A DNA stretch of 64,000 nt, from the NCBI GenBank assembly GCA_964016885.1, contig OZ024745.1:71672001-71736000 (forward strand), in the 5' to 3' direction. Source of the DNA: Eledone cirrhosa. Lineage: Eukaryota. Of the stretch, positions 40,001-53,535 are shown piece after piece (positions within the stretch are counted from its first letter, which is position 1; every line of letters begins with the position of its first letter). A program made the position numbers and the translations under genes. Below the pieces are notes generated by a model. That model ran no database searches, was not told the origin of the DNA, and saw nothing but the letters and a program-made list of their open reading frames with translations.

Positions 40001-41899
40001 TCTATTTGAAATTTTACAAATTTAAGATTTATATTTTACATTGTACTATACATAAGTATATAATAATAATAATGAAATTATTGTGTAAAGTGCTCAGGTG
40101 CACTACAACTCATCAAAGGTGCATGTATAGTACATACAATAATATACAGTAATTGTACACAAATCCATCCCATTTCTCATAGAGAAAAAAAAATCTATTC
40201 AAATGTTCCTTTATGCCATGTTATAGATCCTGAATTCTTGAAGGAGTCGTAGGGTAGAATGCATCCTTCAGTTTTGAACATCACTGATTTCTTTGAGAGA
40301 AATATTGAATGAATTAGAGAAAAAGTGAGAGAGATAGAGCAAGAATTGATCCTAAAACTAGACTGGTATTATATTTATCTATCACAAAAGGATGAAAGAC
40401 AAAATTGACTGTGGCAAGATTTGAACTCAGAGCACAGGCAACCAGAACAAATAATTCAAAACTAATCTATCTGAAATTCTAACAACTCTTAAAACGCTTG
40501 TAGTAGTTAACAGTTTAATATCATTTTTGAACTGATATCTTTGTATATCAAGTAACGGTTTGACTGTTGTTATCTCCCTTGTCTTACAATTCTTCAAACA
40601 ATTAACATGTACCACTGTTTTGAGAAATACCAATACTTACTGATCTATTTTTGACATTATTTATATAAATATTCACTTTCTTTCTATTTTGCAGTCCCCA
40701 ACTGCTCCTTATATATTCTGTCCAATTTTTTTTCTTCTGTAAATGTATAAATTATATTATTTTTGTTTTAAAGAGTAATCTTTTAATTAAAATTTTTTTC
40801 CAAGAATTTAGATTTTAGAGGAAATTGGAGCTATTTTTTCTTATTTCTAATGCATATTTGAAATTTGTTTATTTTATTAATTTTTAACATATTTTATCCC
40901 AACTGACATATTTTCATAAACAATGTAAAAAAGGAAGTATTTTCTGATTTTCTTTTTGTAAGATTTCCCATGTATAGAAAAGAGATAAAACTCAGGGTTA
41001 CAGTCAATCAACTTTAGAATGACACAAGAGAATGGGATCTGTTCATGGGGACACTACTTCGCTGAACGATTAAGAAGTTTTGTAAGGTCCTAGGTTGGAT
41101 CTCACTGCTTGGCATCTTGAGCAGTGAAAGAAACTGGGTAGAATGAAACTGTTTAAAGCCTCATAGTACTGGTTGCATGTAATACAAAGAGTCGGCCTTG
41201 TTACCCTCTGAATGTATATTGACTTTGGTCTGTCAGTGGCCCAAACCATCTCTTGAATATGTGATTTTGTCAAAATGTAGGTTAGATGGATTGTGTATTC
41301 TTGCTACACACAAAATATACCACACAGATACAGATGCTCAAACAGATATATCTGTATACAGAAATACATGAAGACAGACACACACACGTTTAGGTTCACA
41401 AAAGTGAATACATATTCATTCATTGATTTTACACTCATACACATACCTCCACACACACCTGTGGATTAATATATAGTTACATTGTTTAACATTATGTATT
41501 TGATTCTGATTGAATACTCAGACATATACAAGGAAATCAACATTCCACAAAAACAAACGACAGTCTCATTTGAATATTGTATTTATATATCTATATATAA
41601 TAGACACACATTCATGCGTATGTATATGTGTGTCATCATTATCATGATCACCATTTAACGGCCATTTTTCCACGCTAGCATATGTTAGATTAACCATAAT
41701 ATTGATTGTATTTTTCAGTTTCTATTATTTTGTAAATGAGTGAACTATACTTTGAAAATGTATATTTTAAAATCCTCCAGTAAATCTGTCCCTTTTGGAT
41801 ATATAAGCATAGTCAAGTTAGTTGGCTATGTTCTCTTATTTTAATTAAGATGTTAATACTTTCTTTAATTTAGGGATTATATTTATGTAAGGTACTTGC

Positions 41900-42157
41900 A
41901 TAATAATAATAATGCGTACAGTGCTCAGGTGCACTACAACTCATCAAAGGTGCATGCATAGTACATAGAATAATATACAAATGTCAGGGAAGTGAATAGT
42001 GTATGAGTCATGATATACATGTGTGCGTGTGTATGGAGGGGGAATATTAGGTGTAGTGTTGGCGAATCTCAGGAAGCATGGAGGTTTTAAAGGATGCTGT
42101 GTTTCAACAGCTAACAACTGATGCAGGTAGTTCCATGCTTCAGCAACTCTGAGCGTA
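41900..42157 (-). mobile_element. 3' end of a CR1/L2-type LINE
   Basis: Minus strand reads LRVAEAWN-LPASVV...SFKTSML followed by a (TTA)n tail; a shorter copy lies at ~40060-40160. Confidence 0.65.
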
Positions 42158-42940
42158 TTGTTTAACCATTGCCCCTTGTTTACTGGTATGGCCTGGATAG
42201 AACTTTCTAAGGCAGTGTTTTATGTCCAGATATCCTACTTTTAGTCACTTTTTACCGCATGCAAGGATAACTAGTTTAATATATAAATGTAAAGCTTTTA
42301 TTTACTAATAAATATAAAGTGAGAAAAAATTAAATAATTAAAAGAGGAGGAGGAGGAAGGGGGTGGCAGCAGCAGATTCTATACCTTTCTAAGTGACATA
42401 TTTCAGCTGCATCTCACGGACAAGATGATGAAAAAATTGTCATGGGAAACAACCAGCATCAGTCACTCACTTCATATGACTACTTTCTCAAGTAGGATGT
42501 ACTCCTTCCAATTTTGTAAAGGGAAAACAACAGTCTGGGGACCGAGGACACCAGAGGACTCAACAATGTCTGACACAGAAAGGTAACAGTCGGTCAAACC
42601 ATGATATTTGGGTATCTTCCCACTCTGGTATTACAGGTGGCAGTGTCCAGGCTAGTGACTGAAGTAACAAGGTTAAAGGTGGAGAGTGTGTCACAGCACA
42701 AACATTAATTTCCTTCGAATGGGAAAAGGTGTATTCTATCTGGCTACTTGTCATCACCATGGTTGAGGCCAGCTGGCTCCTCTTGTGATGAGAAATTGGC
42801 TGCGTTAAGTCAAAGTAAAGCAATGCCAGTATTTTTTATTAAAAATGACATCAAAGTATAAAACATAAAAAATGATAACTTGAACCTACAGAAATCAACC
42901 TTACTAGTCAAAGAGGGCCTTCAAAAGTCAGGGCAGTGCT

Positions 42941-43076
42941 AACAAAATTTGATATAGAAATGGCTTCTACAGGACTGGAACTGTTTCATTTGAAGGAAAT
43001 CAGAGCTTTCCTGATGATTTACTTCGAATGAAACAGTTTTAGTCCTGTAGAAGCCATTTCTATATTGAATTTTGTT
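42941..43076. repeat. Foldback (arms ~60 bp) containing a sense-strand hammerhead-like motif at 43005-43054
   Basis: Arms are reverse complements with few mismatches. The right side reads GCTTTC-CTGATGA-tttacttcgaat-GAAA-CAG..CTG-TA-GAAGC. Confidence 0.75.
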
Positions 43077-44973
43077 GTATACACTCTACTAATGTATTGA
43101 GTACCTTACTTAATGTGGTTACCCCTGATTGAACCTGGGACTCGCTCACTCACTCACTCTTGCTCTCGCTCGCTCGCTCACACTCTCTCTCACTCCCTCG
43201 CTCACACTCTCTCTCACTCCCTCTCACACTCTCACTCAACTATTTTATGTCTGTTTTACATGTTCGCATGAGTTGGGCTGATTGTCATCTCAGACTATAC
43301 AGGTCAGATAACTACATCTTGCTCATATGTTCCATTTTGATATGGTTTGTGTAGCTGGATGCATTTTATCATGGCACTAACACCACCACTTTAAAGAGTG
43401 TGTTGGGTGCCTTTTTTTATGGGACTAACACTAGGTTGGTCATTGTGACCTCAGCTAGACAGAAACAGTTAGTGATAGGGGTGGAGAATATGAGAGCATG
43501 ATATATAAAAGGATTGGAAATCTGAAAAATCACTTGTATCAGCAATGGATGAAAAACTCTTAGATTTCTGCTTACACAGAAAATGTTTTGTAAGAGAGCA
43601 ATGTCTGAAAATGACTGAATCTCTTTAATGTAGGTTGATAATGCAACAATGTAGAACCAAGTTGTCTTTAATATTTCTTCACATCTTACATCAATTGGCT
43701 ATGTGTTTATTATTTATCGTAGAATATAGAATATTGTAGAATTTCTATTTTATATTTAACCCATTTGTTATATTTTTAATGAAAGACACTGCCCGTGATT
43801 TTCAAATCATTTTGAAAATAATCAAGAATTTAGAGAGATTTATTAAGCTGGTGCTTGGAGCATAACACAAAACGCACTCTTACATAAAATTGTGGTAGAA
43901 GTGTTTGAGATAAATATAAACACTTTAAAACAGTTTCATATCCTAGAACTAGGAGTGATTTGGTATCAAAAGCATTGATGATACACAGCAAGCCAAACTT
44001 ATGTACTTATTGTTTATCACTGAATACAGAACACTGAAGAATTATTACTATAAATGTAATGATATCCAAAACCATCTTAACCTTTTTGTGGTCATATTTC
44101 TAATGAAATACTCTGTATTTTAATTAATTGGTGAAGAATTTGGAGGCCTTTACTAAAATTAGTATTTCATTGTTTTCTAATTTAGGTACAAGGCCAGAAA
44201 ATTTGGTGGAAGGACAAAACTAATTAAATAAGTACTTGACTAGTACTTTATTTTATCAACCCTGGAAGGGTGAAAATCAAAGTTGACTATGGCAAGATTG
44301 AACCCAGAATGTAAAGAGCTAGATCAAACAGCACAATGGCATTTTATCTGGGACTTAATCAATTCTGCCCATCCACCACCCTAATTATTAAGAGGATATT
44401 TGCAACATAACTTTATAAAAGGTTCTTATATCAAATAGGTGGTGAATTGGCAGAGTCGTTAAGGCATTGGATTAATTACCTCAGTATTTGTTTCGGCTCA
44501 TTGCACTCTGAGTTGAAATCTTGCGAAGGTCAACTTTCTTTCATCCTTTCTGGGTTAAGAAATAAAGTATATGTCTATGTATGGTAGATTGTTGCAATTG
44601 TTAAGACAGGATGCTTTGCAGTGCCTGACCCAGCTCTTCCTGTTCTGAGTTCAAATCCTGCCTCCTTTTGCCAGGAATTGTGACCAGTAGATAGTATCAG
44701 CAATGGAAACATTGTATCCATTGTTCAATCCGATGATCTATTCTTTTTCTTTCCCTTTTCACATCAAATTATGTTGGAAGATTTTAATTGAAATAGGAAC
44801 CATTTAAATATTGCAGAGTTTTATCTCATTGAACCAAAGATGGTTTGGGGAAAGTTGGTATGAAAAGAGTTAATAATTATGTTTTATTTTATTACAGTGT
44901 CCTGTGAACATTTCCCATTGTTATATATACATGGCTTTAAATATTTGTCTGTTTGATGTTATATTTTTTCCAG

Positions 44974-45000
44974 TGAGAGTTCTCCGAGTCATTCCAGCAT
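44974..45000 (+). CDS. Dnm: Candidate 27-nt dynamin cassette micro-exon (S-ESSPSHSS-M)
   Basis: ttttttccag|T...CAT|gtaagc; 27 nt, phase 2 to 2, open frame, Ser/Pro-rich like the flanking PRD. Confidence 0.7.
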
Positions 45001-45687
45001 GTAAGCTAAACTGAACACATAAAACTGCTTCTAGTACCATTTCAATATCCCAGTCCCCTTAGTAATTTCCCTGTTAGCGTAGTTTCAACATGTATTTGTG
45101 GTCTGTTTCTTTATATTCACTGTTTTCTGTATTTGATATCTGAACCAATCGTTCATATATGCTTTAATTGGCAGATTAATTAAGTGGTGTGTGTGATTAA
45201 TTAGTGAAGTCCTGCAGTACACATCTCAACCATACTAGTTTGATGTTGTAGTCAAATATTGTTTAATTGTAATAATCAAATCCTCAATTGTATTTTTGTA
45301 GTATAATGATTATATATGATAGGTGTTGTTGTTGTTGTTAGCCCCCAGGTCAGCTCTGATCAAGCAGACCTATGTTCAAAGGTGTTCCCGCTTTGATCAT
45401 CATTTCATTTCCTCAAATACAGTGCACACAAAATTACACGATCCAATGTGTAGTATTGTTACTATAATAAGTGGTGTGATATCAGGATTGGATCTAATAG
45501 TGTAGTGCCATATGTAGTATTTGTGGTACACATGGTAGTTGAGTCATGTGTAGTACTGGTACTACACATGGTAGTGTGGTACCAAAAAATATTCAGTATA
45601 GTTTAGCAAGCTCATTAGATTATAGACTTGTTAAACCTAAATCATAAATCCATAGGTTGTGTTGTAGTTTTATAACAATATATATAG

Positions 45688-46667
45688 ATATACAATAAAG
45701 TATGTCCATAGAATCATTTGATAAAATATATACATTTCCTCTCCCAATCAGCATAATCAACCACACAAAAAAACAATTAAATAAGGCTATAAGATTAAAA
45801 GACACCTATGAAGAAATATGGACATACTTTATTGTATATTGCTCTGATTGTTGATTATTTAATTAATTAATTCGTCATTGAGCCACATCGTGAATGGTTG
45901 CCAAAAACATATATATATATATATATATATATCTATGACTTTGTCTAGTTTATGTATATGTAAATCTTTATATTTTATAATCTCCCATAAGGTTGAGATG
46001 CAATTTAGGCAATATTAGGCTGAGCTTTCTAGCAACCAGCCCACTCGCCGTAAGGCACCAATCACATTCTTTCTGACTTGACCACTGCCACGTCACAGTT
46101 CTTAGCCATTTTGAATTCGTTTCTGGCAGGGATCATTTAAGAAAAATCTTCGTCCAAGTGAGTTTGTTTCCTGATGATTTCGAAGCTCGTGAATTTATCC
46201 TTGATCGGATATTTCCAAAAGCGAATGAAATCCCATGGGATAGAAACGTAATTTTGGTATGTTTATATACATTTTTTCTTCTAACTTTGATTTTATATCT
46301 AATTGTGTATGGTTGATGATATATTTAATCGATTTCCACGTGCTTAGAAATGCTGGGTAAATATTCTATAACTGTTGATCGATAGCTGTCGTTTATTTAT
46401 CTATTATTTCTTCATAGGTGTCTTTTAATCTTATAGTCTTGTTTAATTGTTTTTTTTATGTGGTTGATTATGCTGATTGGGAGAGGAAATAATGTATATA
46501 TTTTATCAAATGATTCTATGGACATACTTTATTGTATATTGCTCTGATTGTTGATTATTTAATTAATTAATTCGTCATTGAGCCACATTGTGAATGGTTG
46601 CCAAAAACATATGTATATATATATATATATATATTTATGACTTTGTCTAGTTTATGTATATGTAAAT

Positions 46668-46674
<7 letters not shown>
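45688..46674 (+). mobile_element. Penelope-like non-coding insertion: inverted segment plus partial tandem (pseudo-LTR-like) carrying a hammerhead
   Basis: 45688-45818 is the reverse complement of 46405-46539; 45817-45973 is a direct repeat of 46517-46674; ends in (TA)n; internal hammerhead. Confidence 0.65.
46166..46247 (+). ncRNA. Type I hammerhead ribozyme motif, sense to dynamin
   Basis: Stem I GTTTC/GAAAC; CTGATGA 46171-46177; stem II TTCG/CGAA behind a U-U pair; GAAA 46227-46230; palindromic stem III TCCCATGGGA; AUA triplet with predicted cut after 46242. Confidence 0.75.
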
Positions 46675-46703
<29 letters not shown>

Positions 46704-48824
46704 TCACATTAGTTCATTAATGCAGCGATGATTGACAGTTAATGCTCTATTTCTATAGGTATCATTGACCAATATTTATTTTTAAGGTGTTCTCAAACAC
46801 TTTCAGAGCTATAATTATAAAGAAATATACAGTTTTGAGTTTAATTTATTCCTGAAATAATGAAAGATTTAGTGGGATTTTCCAAAATAATTATTGATAT
46901 ATTAAACCTGTATTTGGAACTCAACAGTAAAGTTCTTTCATAAAATTTATGATGGAAGCTTTTGATTTAAATATGAAGACATTAAAACTGATGGGCTTGT
47001 ATCAAAGAACTAGAGATAGTTTCAGGTCTTGGGTTGGTATCGGAATGGTTAAAGATGAAGCTAAGTTTAAATAATCCTCTAACAAAACAACAACAGGTCA
47101 CACGTAGCCATTGATTGACACATATTTTTCTGTCCAAAACATTGATTATGAAACTAATAATGCATGTCATGGCAATCAGAAATGTTGATTTGTGTTGCTT
47201 TATAATAAACCACTTATAATAGCCTTGGTCAGTAATGTTGCTATTGGCTTTATAGTATGTATTTCTGCATTAGTATATGTGAAGTAAATGTAAATGAACC
47301 TCTGTTATCAGTTTTGATAATGAGTGTTGCAGTTGATTGATCACTAAATATGTGCAAGTGACTGACTGCCACAGACACATATCTACTTCACCTAATTCTC
47401 AGGATGATTCAGCATGACACAATGTATGTGACAGGGTTGACCCTTTGAACTACAGGTAAAGTCAATCTGATGGGCTTCCACACAGTTTCTGTCTCCCAAG
47501 TTCACTGACAAGGCCTGACTCACCGCAATGCTATGATAAAAGATACTTGCTCAAGATACTACACAGGGGATTCAACCTGAAACCTCATGATTGTGAAGTG
47601 AACTTCTTAACCCCTCTGCCATGTTGTATATGTATTTTTCACAGAAATAACATGTCTTTTGTTATTTAATTTAAAAACTCAACCCCAAATGTTAATTGAC
47701 CAATTTATTGTTTTATTTTAGAGCTGCTTATGATAACCCTATCATAATCATCAGTTAAAGTATATGAAAACTTAGTTTTAGTTCACAGCATTATGAGAAA
47801 GCATGAGGACTAGTGGTTAGATTGTTGGGTTCATGATTGTAAGGTCTTAGGTTCAATTCTCCCACTTGGTGGCACATTGTATCTTTGAGCAAGATACTTC
47901 ATTTCATATCAGTTCACTCAGCTGGAATAAAATGAATACCCGTTGTAGTTAGGGGTTATCCCTGTAATGAACTGATGTTTTGTGGGGAAGCTTTGTACTC
48001 TGTCGCCAACTCTAGCTATTTTTTTGTTTCAAGTTTAGTTCTTGTTTTACTGATCTCCTTTTGTCAAATGACTAAGTTATTGGGCGTAAACACCACCCAT
48101 CAATCTAATTTCATTCACAAGGCAATGGTCTACCTGAGACTATATGTACTGCATGATAGGAAATCTCTAAGCCACGTGGTAGCAAATCGAATCCTTTAAT
48201 CTCTCAGCCATGTGTGTGTATGATGGTTGTCTACTCGATATATATATATATATATACAACTTAAGTTACATAGCATTATAAAAACATAAACCAATAGTGA
48301 CTTGAATTATGTTTTTTCTTTGCTCATTCATTTGTTTTACTTTCAACACAGAATCTCTTTGTTAACTCTTTCATGACCATATTTCCATATTTCTCATGAA
48401 ATACACTCTATTTCAATTAACAAATAATTTTGAGTTACTAAGATAGTAACTTAACCCTTTTGGTACACTATCCATGTGTTTCAATTAATTTTGAAAATAA
48501 TGAAGAAGTTGAAGGATTTACTAATATAATTAACTTTTTCATTATTAAGGTCGTGTCTGGAACAGGGGTTTAGATAAGTATAAAACACTTCAATATAAAC
48601 AGCTTTGTATCATAGAACTAAGGGCAATTACAAGTGGTTTTGCATCAAAAGGGATTAACAAATGGTTCTAATAGAAAGTTATATCAGAAGACCTTAATTT
48701 GAATTTGAACTTTTTAAAATATGTGGTTTTCTTATAAAGAATCAGAGATAGTTTTGGCTGGATTGGTATCAAAAAGTTTAACATCTGTTTTACAAAACAA
48801 TACTTTCTTTATATATTCTTTTAG

Positions 48825-48983
48825 GCCATCTTCACCTGGACCAAGCAGACCTCGTGGGCCACCAATGCCACCTTCTAGGCCAGTACCTACGCCATCTATT
48901 CCAAGTAGACCCGCACCAAAGGTCCCAAGTAGACCAGCTCCTGATGCTCCACAGGCTGCCATGCACATGTCAAGTCAGCCTCT
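48825..48983 (+). CDS. Dnm: Dynamin proline-rich-domain exon (PSSPGPSRPRGPPMPPSRPVPTPSIPSRPAPKVPSRPAPDAPQAAMHMSSQP-L)
   Basis: ttttag|G...CCTCT|gttagt; 159 nt, phase 2 to 2; four PSRP motifs. Confidence 0.9.
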
Positions 48984-50629
48984 GTTAGTAATTCACTTTT
49001 TCTACTTTCTTTAATCACCCCCCCCCCCCCCACCGCAATTATTTTCCACCCGCTTTCCATCCAAACATGGGTTGGATAGGTTGTCATGGTCTAGAACTAG
49101 ACACATCAGATAAACCACATCTTGGTCATATCTTTCATATTTTGGCATGGTTTCTCGGACTGGCTGCTCTTCCTGATGCCAACGACTTTACAGTGATTAC
49201 TGGGTTTGTTTTATGACACCAGCACTACCACTTTATAGAATGTACTAGGTGCATTTTATTATAGCTTCATGTTTTTTTCTTCTTTGATTCACTATTATAT
49301 AGATATGTGGATAGATGATTGATTTGGCAGACTTGTTAGAGTTTTGGACATTTGTTCCAGTTCTTTATGCTGAGTTCAAATCTCACCAAGGTCTATTTTG
49401 CCTACCAGCTGTTGCATTCTAGTTGTCTTGTTAGATCAAGGGAGGGAGAGTTGAGAGGGTGACTACTACATAGACATATAAATCCCTTAGTGAAAGCATA
49501 GTAAATACTACCATGTCGTACTTGATTATAAGTGATGGCTGTAGTTTTTTCTTTCTTCTCAACTTCCTTTCCTTTACAGTGACTTTCTATATAACTTGTG
49601 TCAACCAAGACATCTTCATATCAGATATTCATAGCTTTCATGAAGAAAGACTTTAAGTAAAACATCCTCTAATGAAGATGTGACATGGTAGTGATCTTGT
49701 AGTCGCCATTGTCACCGTCATCCCCACCAATTAACAGTCACTACACATATTATCACAGGCGATGAATTGGCAGAATTATTAGAATGTTGGATAGAATGCT
49801 TTGTGGTATTTGTTCCGGCTCTCTGAGTTCAAATTCTATTGAGGCCAACTTTGCCTTCCATCCTTTCGAGGTCCACACAAAACGTACTACTGTATAGTAC
49901 TGGGGTTGATTCTTCCTCTGTTTCTTTCTCACTTCCTCTCTCTCATTTTCTATCCTTCTTTGGAAGAAATCTGCTGTTTCAGACCTGGAGAAGGATGGGT
50001 TCCGCCAGGTTTAAAATACCCAAGAAACTCCATATGCCACTACAGTGCCTTTATGATTCAATCAGGAGTTACAGGACTATGCCATGCCATGTCATACACA
50101 TATTAACAAAGAAACATACAACACCACATACTCTCTACTCATGAACAATTCACATTTAAAACATTTACAAGCCTTATATATTATATACTGTATATACTCG
50201 TTGCACTTTTTCCCAAAAATACAATCTGAAAAACCAGCATGCAATTTATCTGCTGCTCATGCAAAACTACAAATCAATATATATGGTTCATTTTAAATGT
50301 ATGTAAAATGGAGATGTAACTTATTTACCAGTGTGACTTATATGCGGTAGTGTGTAGATCAGAGAGTCACTGAAGGTGCTACTTTTCCAAATTGAGAGAT
50401 GACAGTTCTAATATCATGGGCATGTGGTTAGAATGTCTCGGGAAAGAATCACTGGACAGATAACAATACTACACCATTAGAAATCTCCCCCTCATTATGT
50501 CCTTGAGCAAGACACTATATTTCATGTAATGAAGTTTTCACCTTTGAGGTAATTGTTTTCTGTGATTGTCAGTTAGTGTTCATTTATTATTTATTTATGT
50601 ATTAATATATATTTTTGTTGTTATTTCAG

Positions 50630-50696
50630 TCGCCCAATCCCTAGTATTCCACCCAGGATCCCTGATCGACCAACAATGCCACAGCGTCCTCAGTGA
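50630..50696 (+). CDS. Dnm: Dynamin terminal coding exon (L-RPIPSIPPRIPDRPTMPQRPQ*)
   Basis: tttcag|T; phase 2 start matches the preceding donor; PxxPxR motifs; TGA at 50694-50696. Confidence 0.88.
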
Positions 50697-52059
50697 TCAT
50701 GGGAACTGTGCCAGAGAGAAAGCGACACACACACACATACACACACACAGATGTGCATTATACATACATATTGCAGCTAGATCAAACATTCATGTATATC
50801 TCACTCTATTCCCACTCTAGATCAATGATGTTTTTTTTTCATGTTTTAAGATTAAATAACAATTTGATGAATGGAAGAAGAAAAAAAAAATTATTGCAGC
50901 AATTGAGGCACTTTTTTCCATTGTCTTAGCAAATTAATACCACTAACAACAACACAACAAACAATTTCTTTAATTATTTAACTGTGGTCACTGTTAAATG
51001 AACTACATTACTTATAACAACAACTAATAATAATAATAATAATAATAATAGTATTAATAATAATCATAATCATAAAATGAAGAGCTAAAGGAAATCTACA
51101 CAAGGTGATTCTGTTATTGCTGTTATGTTGTTATTGTTATTATTACCATTATTATTATTATTACCATTATTGTTATTATTATTATTATTGGAACCTATAC
51201 ATTGTGTGTATTCCTTTATTAAGACTGCTCGTTAAAATTTTATGATCCAATTAGGCAGTTATTACATCTTAGGGGAAAAAACATCATCAAGAGTAATGAG
51301 GAAGTCTCTACGTAATTGATTGCTCTGTTAGAGATAACAGCTAAATCAGTATTTTTCTATAACAAAATGTAATAAATAAAAACAGCAACAGCAACATCAG
51401 TACACTGAAATAAATACATTTCTAGTATTAAAACATTTTTTTTTTTTGTGACCACTATCATGGTTTAGAGACTTTTTAGAGTTGGTTTTAAAAGGTTGTC
51501 AGTTTACTGCAGATTTAAGTAAGGTCACTAGGAATTGAACCTACAAAAACATCAAAGCTATATAAACCTTTGATTGGTTGATTGATTGACAAACAGTCAA
51601 CACTCACCTTTAATTTTTATTGGTGTTTACCAAACAATGAATTAACAGTAAGTTAAATTCTAAACCCTTAGTAAGGCTTATTTAAACGTGACTATCACTG
51701 TTTCACTCCTGATGTTAATGATTATTATTATTATTAAATTGCCCGAATAATTTTGATATATTAGTTGCAACAATGGTTTATCTAACAATAAATATAATAT
51801 ATTTAAAATGGTATTTCAGTTGTGAAGGCATGCGGCCTATTGGCTATGGTGTTGGACTTACGATCATAAGGCCGTGGGTTTGATTCCAGGACCGAGCAGC
51901 ATGTAGTGTTATTGAGCAAAATACATTTTCACGTTGCTCCTTCTGCCAGGATTTGTGACCGGCAGGTAGTATGAGCAATGGAAAGACCAATGGAAACATT
52001 CCTTCCTTGGTCCAATCTGATTGGCTCCTTTGTTTTTTTTTTTTTTTTTTTTTGTTATT

Positions 52060-52270
52060 ACAAAATGGTTTATCTAAAATTAATATATTTAAGATGACAT
52101 TTTAGTTGCGACAATGGTATATCTAAACATATAAAACATTTAAAATGATACTTTAGATATCACAATGGTATATCTAAAAAAGAAAAATGATTAAAAAACG
52201 ATATTTTAGATGTCACAATGGTTTGTCTAAAAATATATAACATTGTCTAAAAATATATAACATTTAAATG
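52060..52270. repeat. ~40-bp imperfect tandem repeat (acaatggtttatctaaaa core)
   Basis: Four to five units; a further unit lies at ~51770, before an intervening SINE. Confidence 0.65.
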
Positions 52271-52543
52271 AGGAAAAAAAATGCAAAATATTATTTAACA
52301 ATGGAATTTTAATTATTAAAAACAAAAGAATGTGCTAATGACATTTGATTGGTGTGGTAAAGTTTGATGATTGAAAATGAATGAAGAAGCCACTAGGGCA
52401 TGAGAAGAAAATATTCCATTTTTTTCCTTATGACACCTCTAATGGCATTCCACATACAAGACCACTACCATTTTGAGCAATAATAATTGTTACTTGTAGC
52501 TTATTGTTGACTAGATAGTAAATTAATAAAATCTCATTATATA

Positions 52544-52603
<60 letters not shown>

Positions 52604-53488
52604 TATATACACACACACATATATATACACATATATATTGATGTGTGTGTATGTGAGGATAATGGAGATGTAGAAACGTGTGTGAGCGACAGGAAATGAT
52701 AAAGGTGTATGTGTGAGGCAGAAGCAGTGATAATGTGTGTGAGGAAGATGGAGAAATTAATTTTGTGTGTGTGTATGTGTCAACATGTAGTTATTGTGAA
52801 ATCACAATATGAAGTATTTTCTTCTTAATGCTATTGTTAATTGTGAAGATGTGGTAGTTAGTTAAGTCATATATATTATATATATATATATATATATACA
52901 TATATGATGTGTGTGTGATGGTGTTTGTATGTATGTAAATCCGCTGCCCAGTTGAATACCATCACCTAGCCCTTGGGTGCCTTTAGTGGAGTTCACTTTG
53001 TTGCAAACATGCAGGCTAGGTCTTCGATTTGAAGATATTTCCAACCAGTTTTGGAGTCATGGGCGCTGCTCAGCCCTACTCTCCGTGACTAAGCAGTAAT
53101 TTATTTATTGGGTAGACGGAAACTGTGGAAACCCGTCAGGATTGTACCTGTAATTCAAAGGTCCAGCCTTGTCACACAGTGTGTCACATTGTGTCTCTGA
53201 GAATTACATTAAAGGCACATGTCTGAAATATTCAGCTATTTACATGGTAATTCATGTAGTGGATGTCCAGTTAATTTAACAGCTGCATGCTCATTGTCCA
53301 AACCGACGGAGGATCCATCGTATATACATATCTATCTATCTATCTATATAGATATACACACACACACACACACATACACACACTCTCATTGTCACTGACA
53401 TAGTGTTACCTTTAGATGCTATTTCTGACCTTACCTCAGTATTTTCTGTAAGCTAATTAAATAATTGATATATCTGTAAAGAAATTTG

Positions 53489-53535
<47 letters not shown>

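Noticed and set aside
40695-40740. Acceptor followed by SPTAP-like codons
   Set aside because: SPTAP is in the wrong phase for this intron and there is no convincing donor.
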